Part shown: in pieces, positions 31,351 to 41,330 of the stretch
How positions within the stretch are numbered: position 1 is the stretch's first letter
Layout: the number at the start of each line of letters is the position of its first letter
Assembly (NCBI GenBank): GCA_034661075.1
Contig: JAYEKP010000098.1
Location: 1 to 59,984 of the forward strand
Direction: 5' to 3'
Source: Bacteroidota bacterium
Lineage (GTDB): Bacteria; Bacteroidota; Bacteroidia; Bacteroidales; UBA12077
DNA length: 59,984 nucleotides
The notes under the pieces: generated by a model
The model's database searches: none
What the model was told of the DNA's origin: nothing
The model's input: the letters and a program-made list of their open reading frames with translations, nothing else
Position numbers and translations under genes: made by a program

Positions 31351-32331
31351 ATGATGAAAAAAATAGTAATATTATCCATTGTTGTTTTGCTGAATACACT
31401 CGCTGTATTTGGACAACACGATTTCTCCTACAGTCAGTATATGAACAATAAATTCCTGGTTAACCCTGCCTTTGCAGGCAGTGAAGGATTTACCTCTTTT
31501 GATTTTTCTGCCCGGCAACAGTGGTTGGGATTCGAAAATGCGCCCAGTACACAGTCCATCAGCGGGCAAACACGAATATTAAAAACAAGCTATGTTGCCA
31601 AAGCCCGATCGGTTAGAAAAAGAATACGTAAAAGACGACCCAGTGGAAGAGTTGGGTTAGGTGCTTATGTATACAATGATCAAAATGGACCCATTGGCAA
31701 AACAGGAGCTGAATTAACCTATGCCTATCACATTTTTATTAATAATGGACAATTGTCGTTAGGTTTATCGCTTTCGGCTTATCAATTTAGGGTAAATACC
31801 AAAGATCTTACCACTGCTGATGATTTTGATCCACTAGTAAGTCAGGCAAGGGAGAGTATGTTTATTCCCGATGGTAGTTTTGGTATTTTTTATTCTTATC
31901 AACCTTTTTATGTGGGTGTTTCGGCGAAAAATTTATTTCAGGCTGCCCTTAAATTTGGGCAGGATAATAGTTTTGCCGATTACCAACAAATCCGGAATTA
32001 TTATTTTATGACCGGTTATCGATACGATATGGAAAATGATTTTGAGATTGAACCTTCCATATTACTTAAAACCACAGAAGTCTTTAATTTACAGGCTGAT
32101 ATATCCTTACTAGGTTATTATAAAAGAGACTACTGGCTTGGATTCTCTTATCGTACCGGAAATGCTTTTGTTACCATGATTGGTATTCGGGTAGATAAGA
32201 TTAACATTGGCTACGCTTTCGATTATTCGTTAAATGATATTCAACGAATAAGCTACGGCTCTCACGAAATTGTCCTTGGATTAAAGTTTGGTGATAATGC
32301 AAGACGTTACCGTTGGCTAAATCGTTTCTAA
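31351..32331 (+). CDS. T9SS membrane protein, PorP/SprF family
   Basis: YSQYM.N..LVNPAFAG, RQQWLGF..AP, TYAYHI, GFSYR, GYAFDY and GSHEI motifs; adjacent to the type B CTD gene. Confidence 0.93.
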   Translation: MMKKIVILSIVVLLNTLAVFGQHDFSYSQYMNNKFLVNPAFAGSEGFTSFDFSARQQWLGFENAPSTQSISGQTRILKTSYVAKARSVRKRIRKRRPSGRVGLGAYVYNDQNGPIGKTGAELTYAYHIFINNGQLSLGLSLSAYQFRVNTKDLTTADDFDPLVSQARESMFIPDGSFGIFYSYQPFYVGVSAKNLFQAALKFGQDNSFADYQQIRNYYFMTGYRYDMENDFEIEPSILLKTTEVFNLQADISLLGYYKRDYWLGFSYRTGNAFVTMIGIRVDKINIGYAFDYSLNDIQRISYGSHEIVLGLKFGDNARRYRWLNRF

Positions 32332-32342
32332 AGAATTTTGAA

Positions 32343-32579
32343 GGATCACCGCCATCCCTGGCGGTATTTTATAAATACATGATAGAACAGTTCAATTGGG
32401 TCTCTGTTCGTTTTTCATTCCATAATCGTTTTGATTTAGTTTTAATATTATGCATGAACCGGCTGGAAGCCGGCGATCTTTTTTGTAATACCGGCTGGAA
32501 GCCGGCGATCCATTTTAGCTGCCTGAAACCGGCATTCCAGCTGGATCACCGGCTCCCGAAAGTTTTCGAAACTGCCGGT
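32343..32579. repeat. REP cluster left of RAYT
   Basis: gatcaccgccatccctggcggt at 32344; accggctggaagccggcgatc at 32458 and 32490; variants at 32528-32579. Confidence 0.9.
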
Positions 32580-32647
32580 ATTAACTATTATTAATTCTAC
32601 ACCTGAATTTACATAATTTGGAAAAAAATAGTAGTTTTATACTAAAA

Positions 32648-33258
32648 ATGTCCAAACATCAAGTTCCAGAAGAATATAGAAGAAAGTTGCCTCACATACA
32701 GCCAAAAGATGCTGTTTATTTTGTTACCTTTAATCTTAAAGGAGCATTACCTTTACATATTTTAGAGCTATTAAGAGATAATTTTAAGGAGGGAATACAT
32801 AATTTACATCACAACCATAAAATAAAAAAAGAGGCTTTTGAGAATTATTACAATCAAATTAACGATATTTTAGATGATGGAGAATTTGGACCTCATTGGT
32901 TGCAAAATCATCACGTAGCTCAAATTGTAGCTGATAGTTTCCATTATTTAGACCATAAAGTATTTAAGTTAATATGCTTTTGTATAGTAATCATGTACAT
33001 TTTATTGTATATAAATTAGATAAACCATTACATAATATCATGCACTCATTAAAATCATATACAGCTAATCAATGTAATGATGCATTAAAAAGACAAGGTA
33101 GATTCTGGCAGCGTGAATATTTTGATCGTATTGTGAGAGACAGAAATGATTTGACAAAAAAAATTGAATATACGATAAATAATCCAGTAAAAGCTGGTAT
33201 TGTAAATTATTGGAAAGAATACTTTTTTACCTATTGTTGTTCTGAATTTATTGAATAA
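32648..33258 (+). mobile_element. REP-associated tyrosine transposase (RAYT, HUH/Y1), frameshifted
   Basis: RRKLPH..YFVTF; NHVH HUH motif; SLKSYTA, FWQREYFDR and Y..NNPVKAG motifs; frameshift near 32986 just before the HUH. Confidence 0.9.
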
Positions 33259-33287
33259 TAAACAATAAATAAATAGTGGTTACTTTT

Positions 33288-33497
33288 ACCGGCTTCCGAA
33301 AACTTTCGGGACTGCCAGAGATCCTTTTGGATCACCGCCATCTTAGGCGGTATTTTCGATAATATAGACAGAACCATTATTTTTAATCTCTTGTCGTTTT
33401 ACATTTAATAAATGTTTTGAAATAGATTCTTATATTCCACAACTACCGGCTGGAAGCCGGTGATCCTTCTTGTAATACCGGCTGGAAGCCGGCGATC
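33288..33497. repeat. REP cluster right of RAYT
   Basis: Variant at 33288-33323; gatcaccgccatcttaggcggt at 33330; accggctggaagccggygatc at 33445 and 33477. Confidence 0.9.
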
Positions 33498-33581
33498 TAT
33501 TAAATAAATCATCCAATTTATTAAACATTATAAAGCTAAAATGCGTATTTTAGTAAACATAATCTTTAAAAGTAAATCATT

Positions 33582-34922
33582 ATGAAGAAACTGTTTATAG
33601 CAATAATTATAGTAGCCTTACTTATTTCTGCATTTTTTATCATTAAGCCCATTATCGTAAAAAATAATTACCAGCAAGGGCTTACTTATAGCGATTCATT
33701 AAACTATAAAAAAGCGCTAGAACATTTCAATACATCTATTCAATGGGATAAAAAAAATATACCTGCCTTAATAGCCCGGGCCAATGTTTTTTACCAGTTA
33801 GAAAATAAAGAAGCTGCGATTAATGATTATAATAAAGTACTGGCATTGGATTCCATAAATTTTAGTGCCTGGTTTGGACGCGGGCTGGTATATCTGAAAA
33901 ATGAAGATTACCAAAATGCTTTACAGGATTTTAAAAAAGCCGAATCGGTGGATACAACAACCGACCTGTTTTATTTTTTAGGTTATACAAAATCAAATCT
34001 TAAGAATTTCCAGGAAGCATTAAAGGATTTAAACCAGGTAATCGAAAAGGATTCTTTATATGCTGAAGCATACCACCAGCGAGGAATAGTATGGGCTAAT
34101 TTAGATAACCTGGAAGCCTCGGTACAAGATTTTAATAAAGCACTAGAATTAGATAAAGATAACCTGGATGCTTATCAGCGTAGAGTAAAATACAGAGTTG
34201 GTAAAAAAGATTATAGCGGTGCCATTGCCGATTATGATGCCATTATTGAGTTAGATCAAAATAACCAGGATGCTTACTATCAACGAGGTTATTTTAAATT
34301 GCAGATTCAGGATTATCACGGAGCTTTAGCCGATTTTAACCGGGCTATTGAAATTAACCCAAAGGATGCCCGGTCGTATCAGAAAAGGGGGAATGCGAAA
34401 GCCGGATTGGGAGATTATCAGGATGCATTAATTGATTTTAACCAGGCTATTGCATTAGATAAAACCAATGTCGAAAGCTATCATCGCAAGGGCCTGGTGT
34501 ATTTGCATTTGTCTGATCCTGATAAAGCAATACATGCTTTTACTCAGGCCGTGAATTTAAAAACGGATTATGCTGATGCTTATTATTTAAGGGGAGTGGC
34601 TAAAGCCATGCAGCAAAAATATGAAGCATCCATCACAGATTTTGATCGGGCGATTCAATACAACAAAAATCATGCTCAGGCTTATTTAGGACGTGCGGTT
34701 TCTTTAGGAATCCTGAAAAAGCACGAAGAGGCCATTGCCGATTATGATCAATATATTAAAATGGAGCCTGATGACGGAACGGCATACTTAAATCGGGGAA
34801 AATCTAAAATTAACCTGAATAATTATACTGATGGCTGTAATGACTTTCAAAAAGCGTTGGAGCTTGGGGTAGAAGAAGCTCAGGAGATGTTAAATATGTA
34901 TTGTAAATCGAATTCCAAATAG
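33582..34922 (+). CDS. Tetratricopeptide repeat protein with N-terminal anchor
   Basis: Repeated 34-aa AY..RG.....DY..A..DF..AI units. Confidence 0.93.
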   Translation: MKKLFIAIIIVALLISAFFIIKPIIVKNNYQQGLTYSDSLNYKKALEHFNTSIQWDKKNIPALIARANVFYQLENKEAAINDYNKVLALDSINFSAWFGRGLVYLKNEDYQNALQDFKKAESVDTTTDLFYFLGYTKSNLKNFQEALKDLNQVIEKDSLYAEAYHQRGIVWANLDNLEASVQDFNKALELDKDNLDAYQRRVKYRVGKKDYSGAIADYDAIIELDQNNQDAYYQRGYFKLQIQDYHGALADFNRAIEINPKDARSYQKRGNAKAGLGDYQDALIDFNQAIALDKTNVESYHRKGLVYLHLSDPDKAIHAFTQAVNLKTDYADAYYLRGVAKAMQQKYEASITDFDRAIQYNKNHAQAYLGRAVSLGILKKHEEAIADYDQYIKMEPDDGTAYLNRGKSKINLNNYTDGCNDFQKALELGVEEAQEMLNMYCKSNSK

Positions 34923-34931
34923 TGTAAAATA

Positions 34932-36005
34932 ATGAAGAAAATAGTAGGATTATTTTTTGTTTTAGGTTTCATAATATCGGCTCAGATAAGTTTCGCACAG
35001 ACCAATTATACTATCGATAGTATTGAAAAAAATATCGATAAATATTTACAATACTTCTCCGGTAATAATCCGGGAGCTGTGGTTGCTGTTATGAAAAAAG
35101 GAGATATGGTGTTCAATAAAGCGTATGGGTTATCCAATGTGGAGCAAGATAAGATTTTAAAAAATAAGGAAGCATTTAATCTGGCTAATTTGTCTAAGAT
35201 GTTTACGGCTATGGCTATTTTTCAACTGGCCGAAAAAAATAAGCTAAGCCTGAACCAACCCATAACAGAAATCTTTTCTGATTTTCCGGCCTATGGACAA
35301 GAAATAATGATAAAACATCTTATCCACCATACCTCAGGATTACCTGAATTTGAACCGGACAAAATAAAAACAAACCAGGCGGTATTGGATTTTCTAAAAA
35401 TTCAAAAAGAAACAAAATTTGTTCCCGGAGAAGAATGGAGATACTCAAATGCGGATTATCCATTGCTTGTTCGAATTATTGAGGAGGTCTCCGGGAAATC
35501 ATACAAAGAATATATGACCAAACGGATTTTTAAAAAGATAAAAACCGATCAGGCATTTTTTAGTGAAGATTTGGATGCATATACTGATATTGCTGCCGGA
35601 CACTTTAAGGAAGATGATCAATATAGGGTTACTAATGAGCAAAATATGATTTATGGGGAGCATGGAATTTACATGACCTCCGAAGATTTTGCCAAATGGG
35701 ATAAAGCATTATATACCGATCGGCTTTTAGATTGTAATCATCTTACCAACTTTTTTAGCCGGGGCAAATTAAATAATGGTGAACAAATCCCAAGTTATTA
35801 CGGAAATGGTTTGGTTATTATGAAACGCAATGATGAAAGGTATTGGTGGCATGGTGGTTCAGGGAATGGATATACAAATATGTATTTGCATTTGCCTAAT
35901 CATGATCTGACCGTATTGATTCTTTCAAACCGTCAGGATGGATATGACTTTCTGAAAATGGCTATTTATATTGCCAAAGAATTTGAAAAAGGAATTAAGC
36001 TGTAA
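34932..36005 (+). CDS. Serine hydrolase, beta-lactamase/AmpC-like fold, catalytic Ser apparently replaced
   Basis: PGAVV, F.LANLSK.F at the SxxK position, HLIHHTSGL, YSN and HGG motifs. Confidence 0.85.
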   Translation: MKKIVGLFFVLGFIISAQISFAQTNYTIDSIEKNIDKYLQYFSGNNPGAVVAVMKKGDMVFNKAYGLSNVEQDKILKNKEAFNLANLSKMFTAMAIFQLAEKNKLSLNQPITEIFSDFPAYGQEIMIKHLIHHTSGLPEFEPDKIKTNQAVLDFLKIQKETKFVPGEEWRYSNADYPLLVRIIEEVSGKSYKEYMTKRIFKKIKTDQAFFSEDLDAYTDIAAGHFKEDDQYRVTNEQNMIYGEHGIYMTSEDFAKWDKALYTDRLLDCNHLTNFFSRGKLNNGEQIPSYYGNGLVIMKRNDERYWWHGGSGNGYTNMYLHLPNHDLTVLILSNRQDGYDFLKMAIYIAKEFEKGIKL

Positions 36006-36061
36006 TTTTGAATGGATGATGGATTAAAGGTTTGAGTATCAGATATTAAGCATCAAGACAC

Positions 36062-36135
36062 AAGAAACAAGTAAAAAGAAACAAGTAAAAAGAAACAAGT
36101 AAAAAGAAACAAGTAAAAAGAAACAAGTAAAAAGA
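36062..36135. repeat. 14-bp tandem repeat x5
   Basis: (AAGAAACAAGTAAA) x5 plus AAGA, between convergent genes. Confidence 0.95.
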
Positions 36136-36192
36136 TATTAAAGCACAATTTTACCAATAAACAAATTACGAATTACAAATTTACCATTGTTG

Positions 36193-37537
36193 TTAAAAAG
36201 TTAGAATAAAGGTAGTGCCTTCATCTGGCTTAGAGTTAGCAGCAATAGAACCTCCATGCAACCGCATAATTTGTTTCGAAAGGCTTAGGCCAATACCGGA
36301 ACCTTTTGGTTTGGTAGTAAAGAAAGGAATAAATATTTTATCAAGCACCTCTTTTAAAATTCCCTGTCCATTATCGATAACCTGAATAGTTACCCGGTTT
36401 CGTTTATTTAAGAAACCTCGAACAATAATCTTTCCATTTTCCCGGTTTTCCATGGCATGGATTGCATTTTTAATAAGGTTAATCAATACCTGCTCAATAA
36501 GTTTTGTATCTGCATAAAATTCCAGGGATTCAGGCTCTACGGTCATTTCCAGCTTTATTGGCTTTTCACCAATTTCGTCAAGCATAAGCGGTTTTATATC
36601 ATCAAAGAGTTCTTTAACACCCGCAATCCTAAAATTAGGCTTAGGTATTTTAGTTAAGTTACGGTAAGTATTCACAAAATGCAATAATTCGTTACTTCGT
36701 TTATGGATGGTTTTTATGGCCATATGTACTTCTTCTATGGTTTCCATATCCGGAATGGATTTATTTCTCTCTGCATCTTTAAACATTAAATCCAGGGTAG
36801 ATGTGATGGATGATATGGGGGTAATTGAATTCATGATCTCGTGGGTTAACACACGGATTAATTTTTGCCAGCTTTCCGTCTCTTGATCTTCCAATACACT
36901 TTGTATGTTTTTAATAGTAACCAGCAGAATACTTTTATGGTGTATTTTAAATTCGGTTCCCGAAATGCTAAGCTGTAGAATATCATCTTCTTCCTGTACT
37001 TTTACCAGGCAGTTTTTCCCTGGTTCAAAATTTAATAGTGTATTTACCAACTCAGAGCTGATAGGAGTTAAATTTTTAATATTTTTGATGGTTGCAATTT
37101 GAAACAATTTTTTAAATGCATTATTTACCATATCTACCTTTCCGTCGCGCTGGTAGGTGATAATACTTACATCAATATTTTTAACTAAAACCTGTAAATA
37201 TTGGTACTGCTCTTCTTTTTCTGAACGTACTTTTTGGAAATCATGGATAACATCATTAAACGCTTTGTTTAACTCATCGAAAGATGAGCCGAGTCCTTCG
37301 ATTTTAAAAGAGCGTGTAAACTCTGAAAACCGAATGGATTCTAAAAATCCGGCCAGGTCGCGGTTGGTTTTATCAATATATTTAAATAGTAGATAGATTT
37401 GAAATATAATAATCAACCCCACTAAAAAAGGAGTAATAAAATATTCAAGGGTGATGGTATAGAAAAAAAAGAAATATTGTTGCTGTTAACAACAATATTC
37501 TGAATATAGTTACAAATCTAAAATTCCTAAAGACCAT
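36193..37537 (-). pseudogene. NtrY-like sensor histidine kinase with N-terminal frameshift
   Basis: RVLTHEIMNS H-box, QVLINLIKNA, DNGQG, FFTTK, GSGIGL. Natural start MVFRNFRF at 37537 is out of frame by one base at the A8 run 37463-37470. Confidence 0.8.
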
Positions 37538-38936
37538 ATTTTTCCATTCTTCGATATAATGATGTTCGCGTTAACCCAAGCATATTGGCAGCTTGAGATA
37601 CATTGCCTTGATTTTGTTTCAGCACTTTTTCAATCACTGTTTTTTCAATGTCGTCGAGATTATACGTGTCAAGTTCAAGTTCTCCAACTTTATCTTTTCT
37701 GGAGGAGAGAATAAAATCATCAGGTTGTAATGTGTCCGAATCACTCATGATAATAGCCCTTTCAATGGCATGTTGAAGTTCACGAACATTGCCTGGCCAT
37801 TGATATTGCGATAATTTTTTCATGGCTTCGGCGTTAATTCCTTTAATTTTTTTACGATATTTCTTAGAATATACTCCAATGAAATGTTCGGCTAATAAAG
37901 GAATATCTGTAACTCTTTCCCGTAAAGGCGGGAGATTTATTTCAACGGTATTGATACGATATAAAAGATCTTGCCTGAAAAATTCCTCATCAACCATTTG
38001 GTGTATATCGTTATTTGTGGCGCAAATAAGCCTAACATCTATGGGTTTCGATTTTGTAGCTCCTACGCGTGTTATCTCACGGCGTTCGAGTACAGTTAAT
38101 AATTTAGCTTGCATTGGTAAAGATAGGTTCCCAATTTCATCTAAGAATAAGGTGCCACCAGATGCAATCTCAAATCGGCCGGGTTTATCCTTCTTGGCAT
38201 CGGTAAAGGCTCCTTTAACATAACCAAATAATTCGCTTTCGAAAAGGGTTTCGGCAATTGATCCTAAATCTACATTAATAAATACTTCGTCTTTACGTAA
38301 TGAGTTACGATGAAGGGCACGTGCTACCAATTCTTTCCCTGTACCATTCTCACCTAATATTAATACATTGGCATCGGTTTTTGCTACTTTTTTTATGGTA
38401 GAAAAAACTTGTTGCATTTCGGGCGAATTACCAATAAATTCATGAAAAGGCTGGTCTTGAATAGCGCTAATTTCTTTTTGTTTTTTTCGTAAATCCGTAG
38501 CTTCGTTTTTTGAGCGGCGTAGTTTTATGGCCGATGAAATGGTGGCGAGTAATTTTTCATTTTGCCAGGGTTTTAAAATAAAGTCAGTAGCTCCTGATTT
38601 TATTGCTTTTACGGCTTTTTCGGCATCGCCATAAGCGGTAATAAATACTACAACTGCATCAGGATCAATCTCCATAATTTTCTCGAGCCAGTTAAAGCCT
38701 TCCTGCCCACTTATAGCATCCTGCGTAAAGTTCATGTCCAAAAGGATAACATCATACACATTTTCGTGCAACAATTCAGGAATAACGGAGGGATCTGTTT
38801 CAGTTTGGATTAGCTCAACATGATTTTTTAATAAAAGTTTAAGTGCAAATAAAATATCTTCATTATCATCAATAGCCAGTATTTTACCAATTTTTTTACT
38901 TTGAATTGCAAAGGTAAATATACAATATATTTTCAA
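37527..38936 (-). CDS. Sigma54-dependent (NtrC/AtoC-family) response regulator; start uncertain
   Basis: Receiver DD..LLDMNF, GENGTGKE, ESELFG..KGAFTDA, LFLDEIG, WPGNVREL and Fis-type HTH; no ATG at the expected start. Confidence 0.92.
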   Translation of the reverse strand: MKIYCIFTFAIQSKKIGKILAIDDNEDILFALKLLLKNHVELIQTETDPSVIPELLHENVYDVILLDMNFTQDAISGQEGFNWLEKIMEIDPDAVVVFITAYGDAEKAVKAIKSGATDFILKPWQNEKLLATISSAIKLRRSKNEATDLRKKQKEISAIQDQPFHEFIGNSPEMQQVFSTIKKVAKTDANVLILGENGTGKELVARALHRNSLRKDEVFINVDLGSIAETLFESELFGYVKGAFTDAKKDKPGRFEIASGGTLFLDEIGNLSLPMQAKLLTVLERREITRVGATKSKPIDVRLICATNNDIHQMVDEEFFRQDLLYRINTVEINLPPLRERVTDIPLLAEHFIGVYSKKYRKKIKGINAEAMKKLSQYQWPGNVRELQHAIERAIIMSDSDTLQPDDFILSSRKDKVGELELDTYNLDDIEKTVIEKVLKQNQGNVSQAANMLGLTRTSLYRRMEKYGL

Positions 38937-39087
38937 AGAAAATAAGTAGAATTTGTTCGTATCATTATTGTTATTTGTTTAACTAAATTTTAAAAACAAC
39001 TAAAGATTTTCGATTCTTTCATCAGTTATAAACTATCCATCAGTAGAAAGTAACAACATATGGATTAACCTGTATATTTTTTTGATG

Positions 39088-39203
39088 TGTTCGATATCGT
39101 ACCCTTCTTGTTTCGGAATCGAACAGTTTTAAAAATCATATTATTAATGTTTCTGCAAATAAGCTTTAAATCAGGGTTTTATAGGTTTTGGCATAATAAA
39201 TGT
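39088..39203 (+). promoter_or_regulatory. Paired enhancer-like palindromes plus sigma54-type -24/-12 box
   Basis: tgttcg-atat-cgtacc at 39088 and gtttcg-gaat-cgaaca at 39110; TGGCA-N8-GT at 39189-39203. Confidence 0.55.
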
Positions 39204-39245
39204 TTACTTGAAAACAGAATGTGAATAATTTAAAATTTTGATATA

Positions 39246-40498
39246 ATGGATAGAGTAATTGAAAAAAGCATAAGTGGTTGAACAAAAAAACAATTTGGAT
39301 AACCATAGGAGTATTTTTTATTTTATTGATTTCTTATAATATCTTTTTTGGTGATAAAAGCTCAAAATTAAATGTTGAAAAAGATAAAATTACCATTGAG
39401 TCAATTGTTGAAGATGAGTTTAAAAATTACATTGCCGTTATAGGTACCGTGGAACCCATCAGTACAGTATATCTCGATGCCATTGAGGGTGGAAGGGTAG
39501 AAGAAATTCTTATTGATGAAGGAAATATGGTTGAGGAAGGTGATGTAATCCTTAAATTAAGTAATACAAACTTAATACTAGAAATTTCGAATAACGAAGC
39601 TTCTGTTTCCCGATCGATTAATGAATTTGAAAATACGAAGATTAATCTTGAATTGCAGCGTATTAACAGGCAACAAACCCTGATTGAAACGGAGCGTCAG
39701 CTTAAGATGTACAAACGGTAGTATGAGTATAATAAAAAATTATACGATGATGAGCATATCTCTAAAGAAGAATTTGACCAATCTTTAGAAAAATATGAAG
39801 CTACCAGGAAGCAATTTCAGTTGTTTAAAGAAGCGCTTAAAAACGATTCAATTTACAGGCACGTTCAGCTTAAAGCAATGGATCAGCAGATTAGGAATAT
39901 GCAAGAAAACCTGAAAATTATTCAGGGACGAATGGAAAATTTAAATGTAAGAGCAACTTGTGATGATGAGTTGGCTACATTAAACCCTGAAATAGGAGAA
40001 GTTATTGGATATGGCACGCGTATTGGCACTATTAATATTTTAGATGATTATAAACTAAGAGTAGAAATTGATGAGCATTATATTGCCAGGGTTGTAACAG
40101 GCTTACCAGGAAGTTTCGATTTTGCCGGCTCAAAGTATAATTTAAAAATTGTAAAAGTTTATCCGGAAGTAAATGCCGGCCGATTTGCGGTTGATATGGA
40201 GTTTGTTTCTGAAAAACCAGAGCAGATAAGAATTGGCCAAACATTTAGAATAAAACTGGAGTTGGGAGAATCGAAACAAGCAGTATTAATACCTCGTGGG
40301 GGATTCTATCAAAGCACTGGAGGACAATGGGTATATGTTGTCGGCCCATCAGGAGAAATGGCCGTTAAGCGTGAAATATCTATCGGACGCCAGAATCCAA
40401 AATATTATGAAGTGCTTGAAGGATTAAATCCCGGAGAGAAAGTGATTGTATCAAGTTACGATAACTTTAATAATGTAGATAAAATTATTTTGAAATAA
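39246..40498 (+). pseudogene. Efflux periplasmic adaptor subunit (MacA/HlyD-like), disrupted
   Basis: MDRVIEK start at 39246; frameshift in the A-run 39262-39267; in-frame TAG at 39719-39721 joins ORFs 39278-39721 and 39821-40498; EGGRVEE, IDEHYI.RV and GRQNP.YYEVLEGL motifs. Confidence 0.88.
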
Positions 40499-40536
40499 AT
40501 AAAAAATGAAAATACAATAATTAAATTTTTAAAGTC

Positions 40537-41220
40537 ATGATTAAAACAAACGATCTAGTAAAAGTTTTCAGAACGGATGAAGTAGAAACAACGGCTCTGA
40601 ATAAAGTGAATTTAAATATTGATAATGGAGAATTTGTAGCCATTATGGGACCCTCTGGATGTGGTAAATCTACATTGCTTAATATTATTGGATTACTAGA
40701 TAATCCTACATCAGGTGAATTATATTTTCTAGATCAGGAAGTATCAGGTTATACTGAAAGACAAAGGACAAACCTTCGAAAATCAAATATCGGTTTTGTT
40801 TTTCAGAGTTTTAATCTGATTGACGAATTGACTGTTTACGAAAATGTGGAATTGCCTTTGTTGTATCTGAATATGCCATCATCTGAGCGCAAGGAGAAGG
40901 TTGAAGCTGTATTAGAGCGAATGAAAATGTCGCATCGTAAAAAGCACTTTCCACAGCAATTATCCGGTGGTCAGCAGCAAAGAGTTGCTATTTCGCGCGC
41001 TGTAGTTACCAATCCAAAATTAATATTGGCCGATGAGCCTACCGGTAATTTAGACTCGGCAAATGGCGAAGAAGTGATGAATCTGTTAACACAGTTAAAT
41101 AATGATGGAACAACCATCGTTATGGTAACTCACTCTCCATCGGATGCCGAAAAAGCACATCGTATTGTTCAGTTATTCGATGGCCATATAGTTACCGAAA
41201 ATATTAAGAAAGTATTATAA
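40537..41220 (+). CDS. ABC transporter ATP-binding protein (MacB/LolD-like)
   Basis: GPSGCGKS, LSGGQQQRVA, ILADEPTGNLD and VTH motifs. Confidence 0.96.
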   Translation: MIKTNDLVKVFRTDEVETTALNKVNLNIDNGEFVAIMGPSGCGKSTLLNIIGLLDNPTSGELYFLDQEVSGYTERQRTNLRKSNIGFVFQSFNLIDELTVYENVELPLLYLNMPSSERKEKVEAVLERMKMSHRKKHFPQQLSGGQQQRVAISRAVVTNPKLILADEPTGNLDSANGEEVMNLLTQLNNDGTTIVMVTHSPSDAEKAHRIVQLFDGHIVTENIKKVL

Positions 41221-41230
41221 GCATACGGAT

Positions 41231-41316
41231 AAAAAAAAGGCAGAAGTAATTCCCTCTATACTTTCCCGTTTTTTGAGTATATAAGATCCCCAATTAGTTT
41301 ACTTCTGTCTTTTTTT
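41231..41316. repeat. 18-19 bp inverted repeat enclosing about 49 nt
   Basis: aaaaaaaaggcagaagtaa ... ttacttctgtcttttttt. Confidence 0.7.
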
Positions 41317-41330
41317 ACCTAAAGAATATA

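Noticed and set aside
32313-32594. 93-aa ORF
   Set aside because: Translation of the REP cluster
32343-33499. CRISPR array
   Set aside because: Repeats are 21-22 nt palindromes in mixed orientation with irregular spacing, flank a RAYT, and no cas genes are present
36062-36135. CRISPR or iteron array
   Set aside because: Head-to-tail repeats without spacers; no rep or cas gene nearby
41231-41316. Invertible (phase-variable) promoter
   Set aside because: No TAnnTTTG box inside in either orientation and no recombinase in the window; cannot be fully excluded without reads
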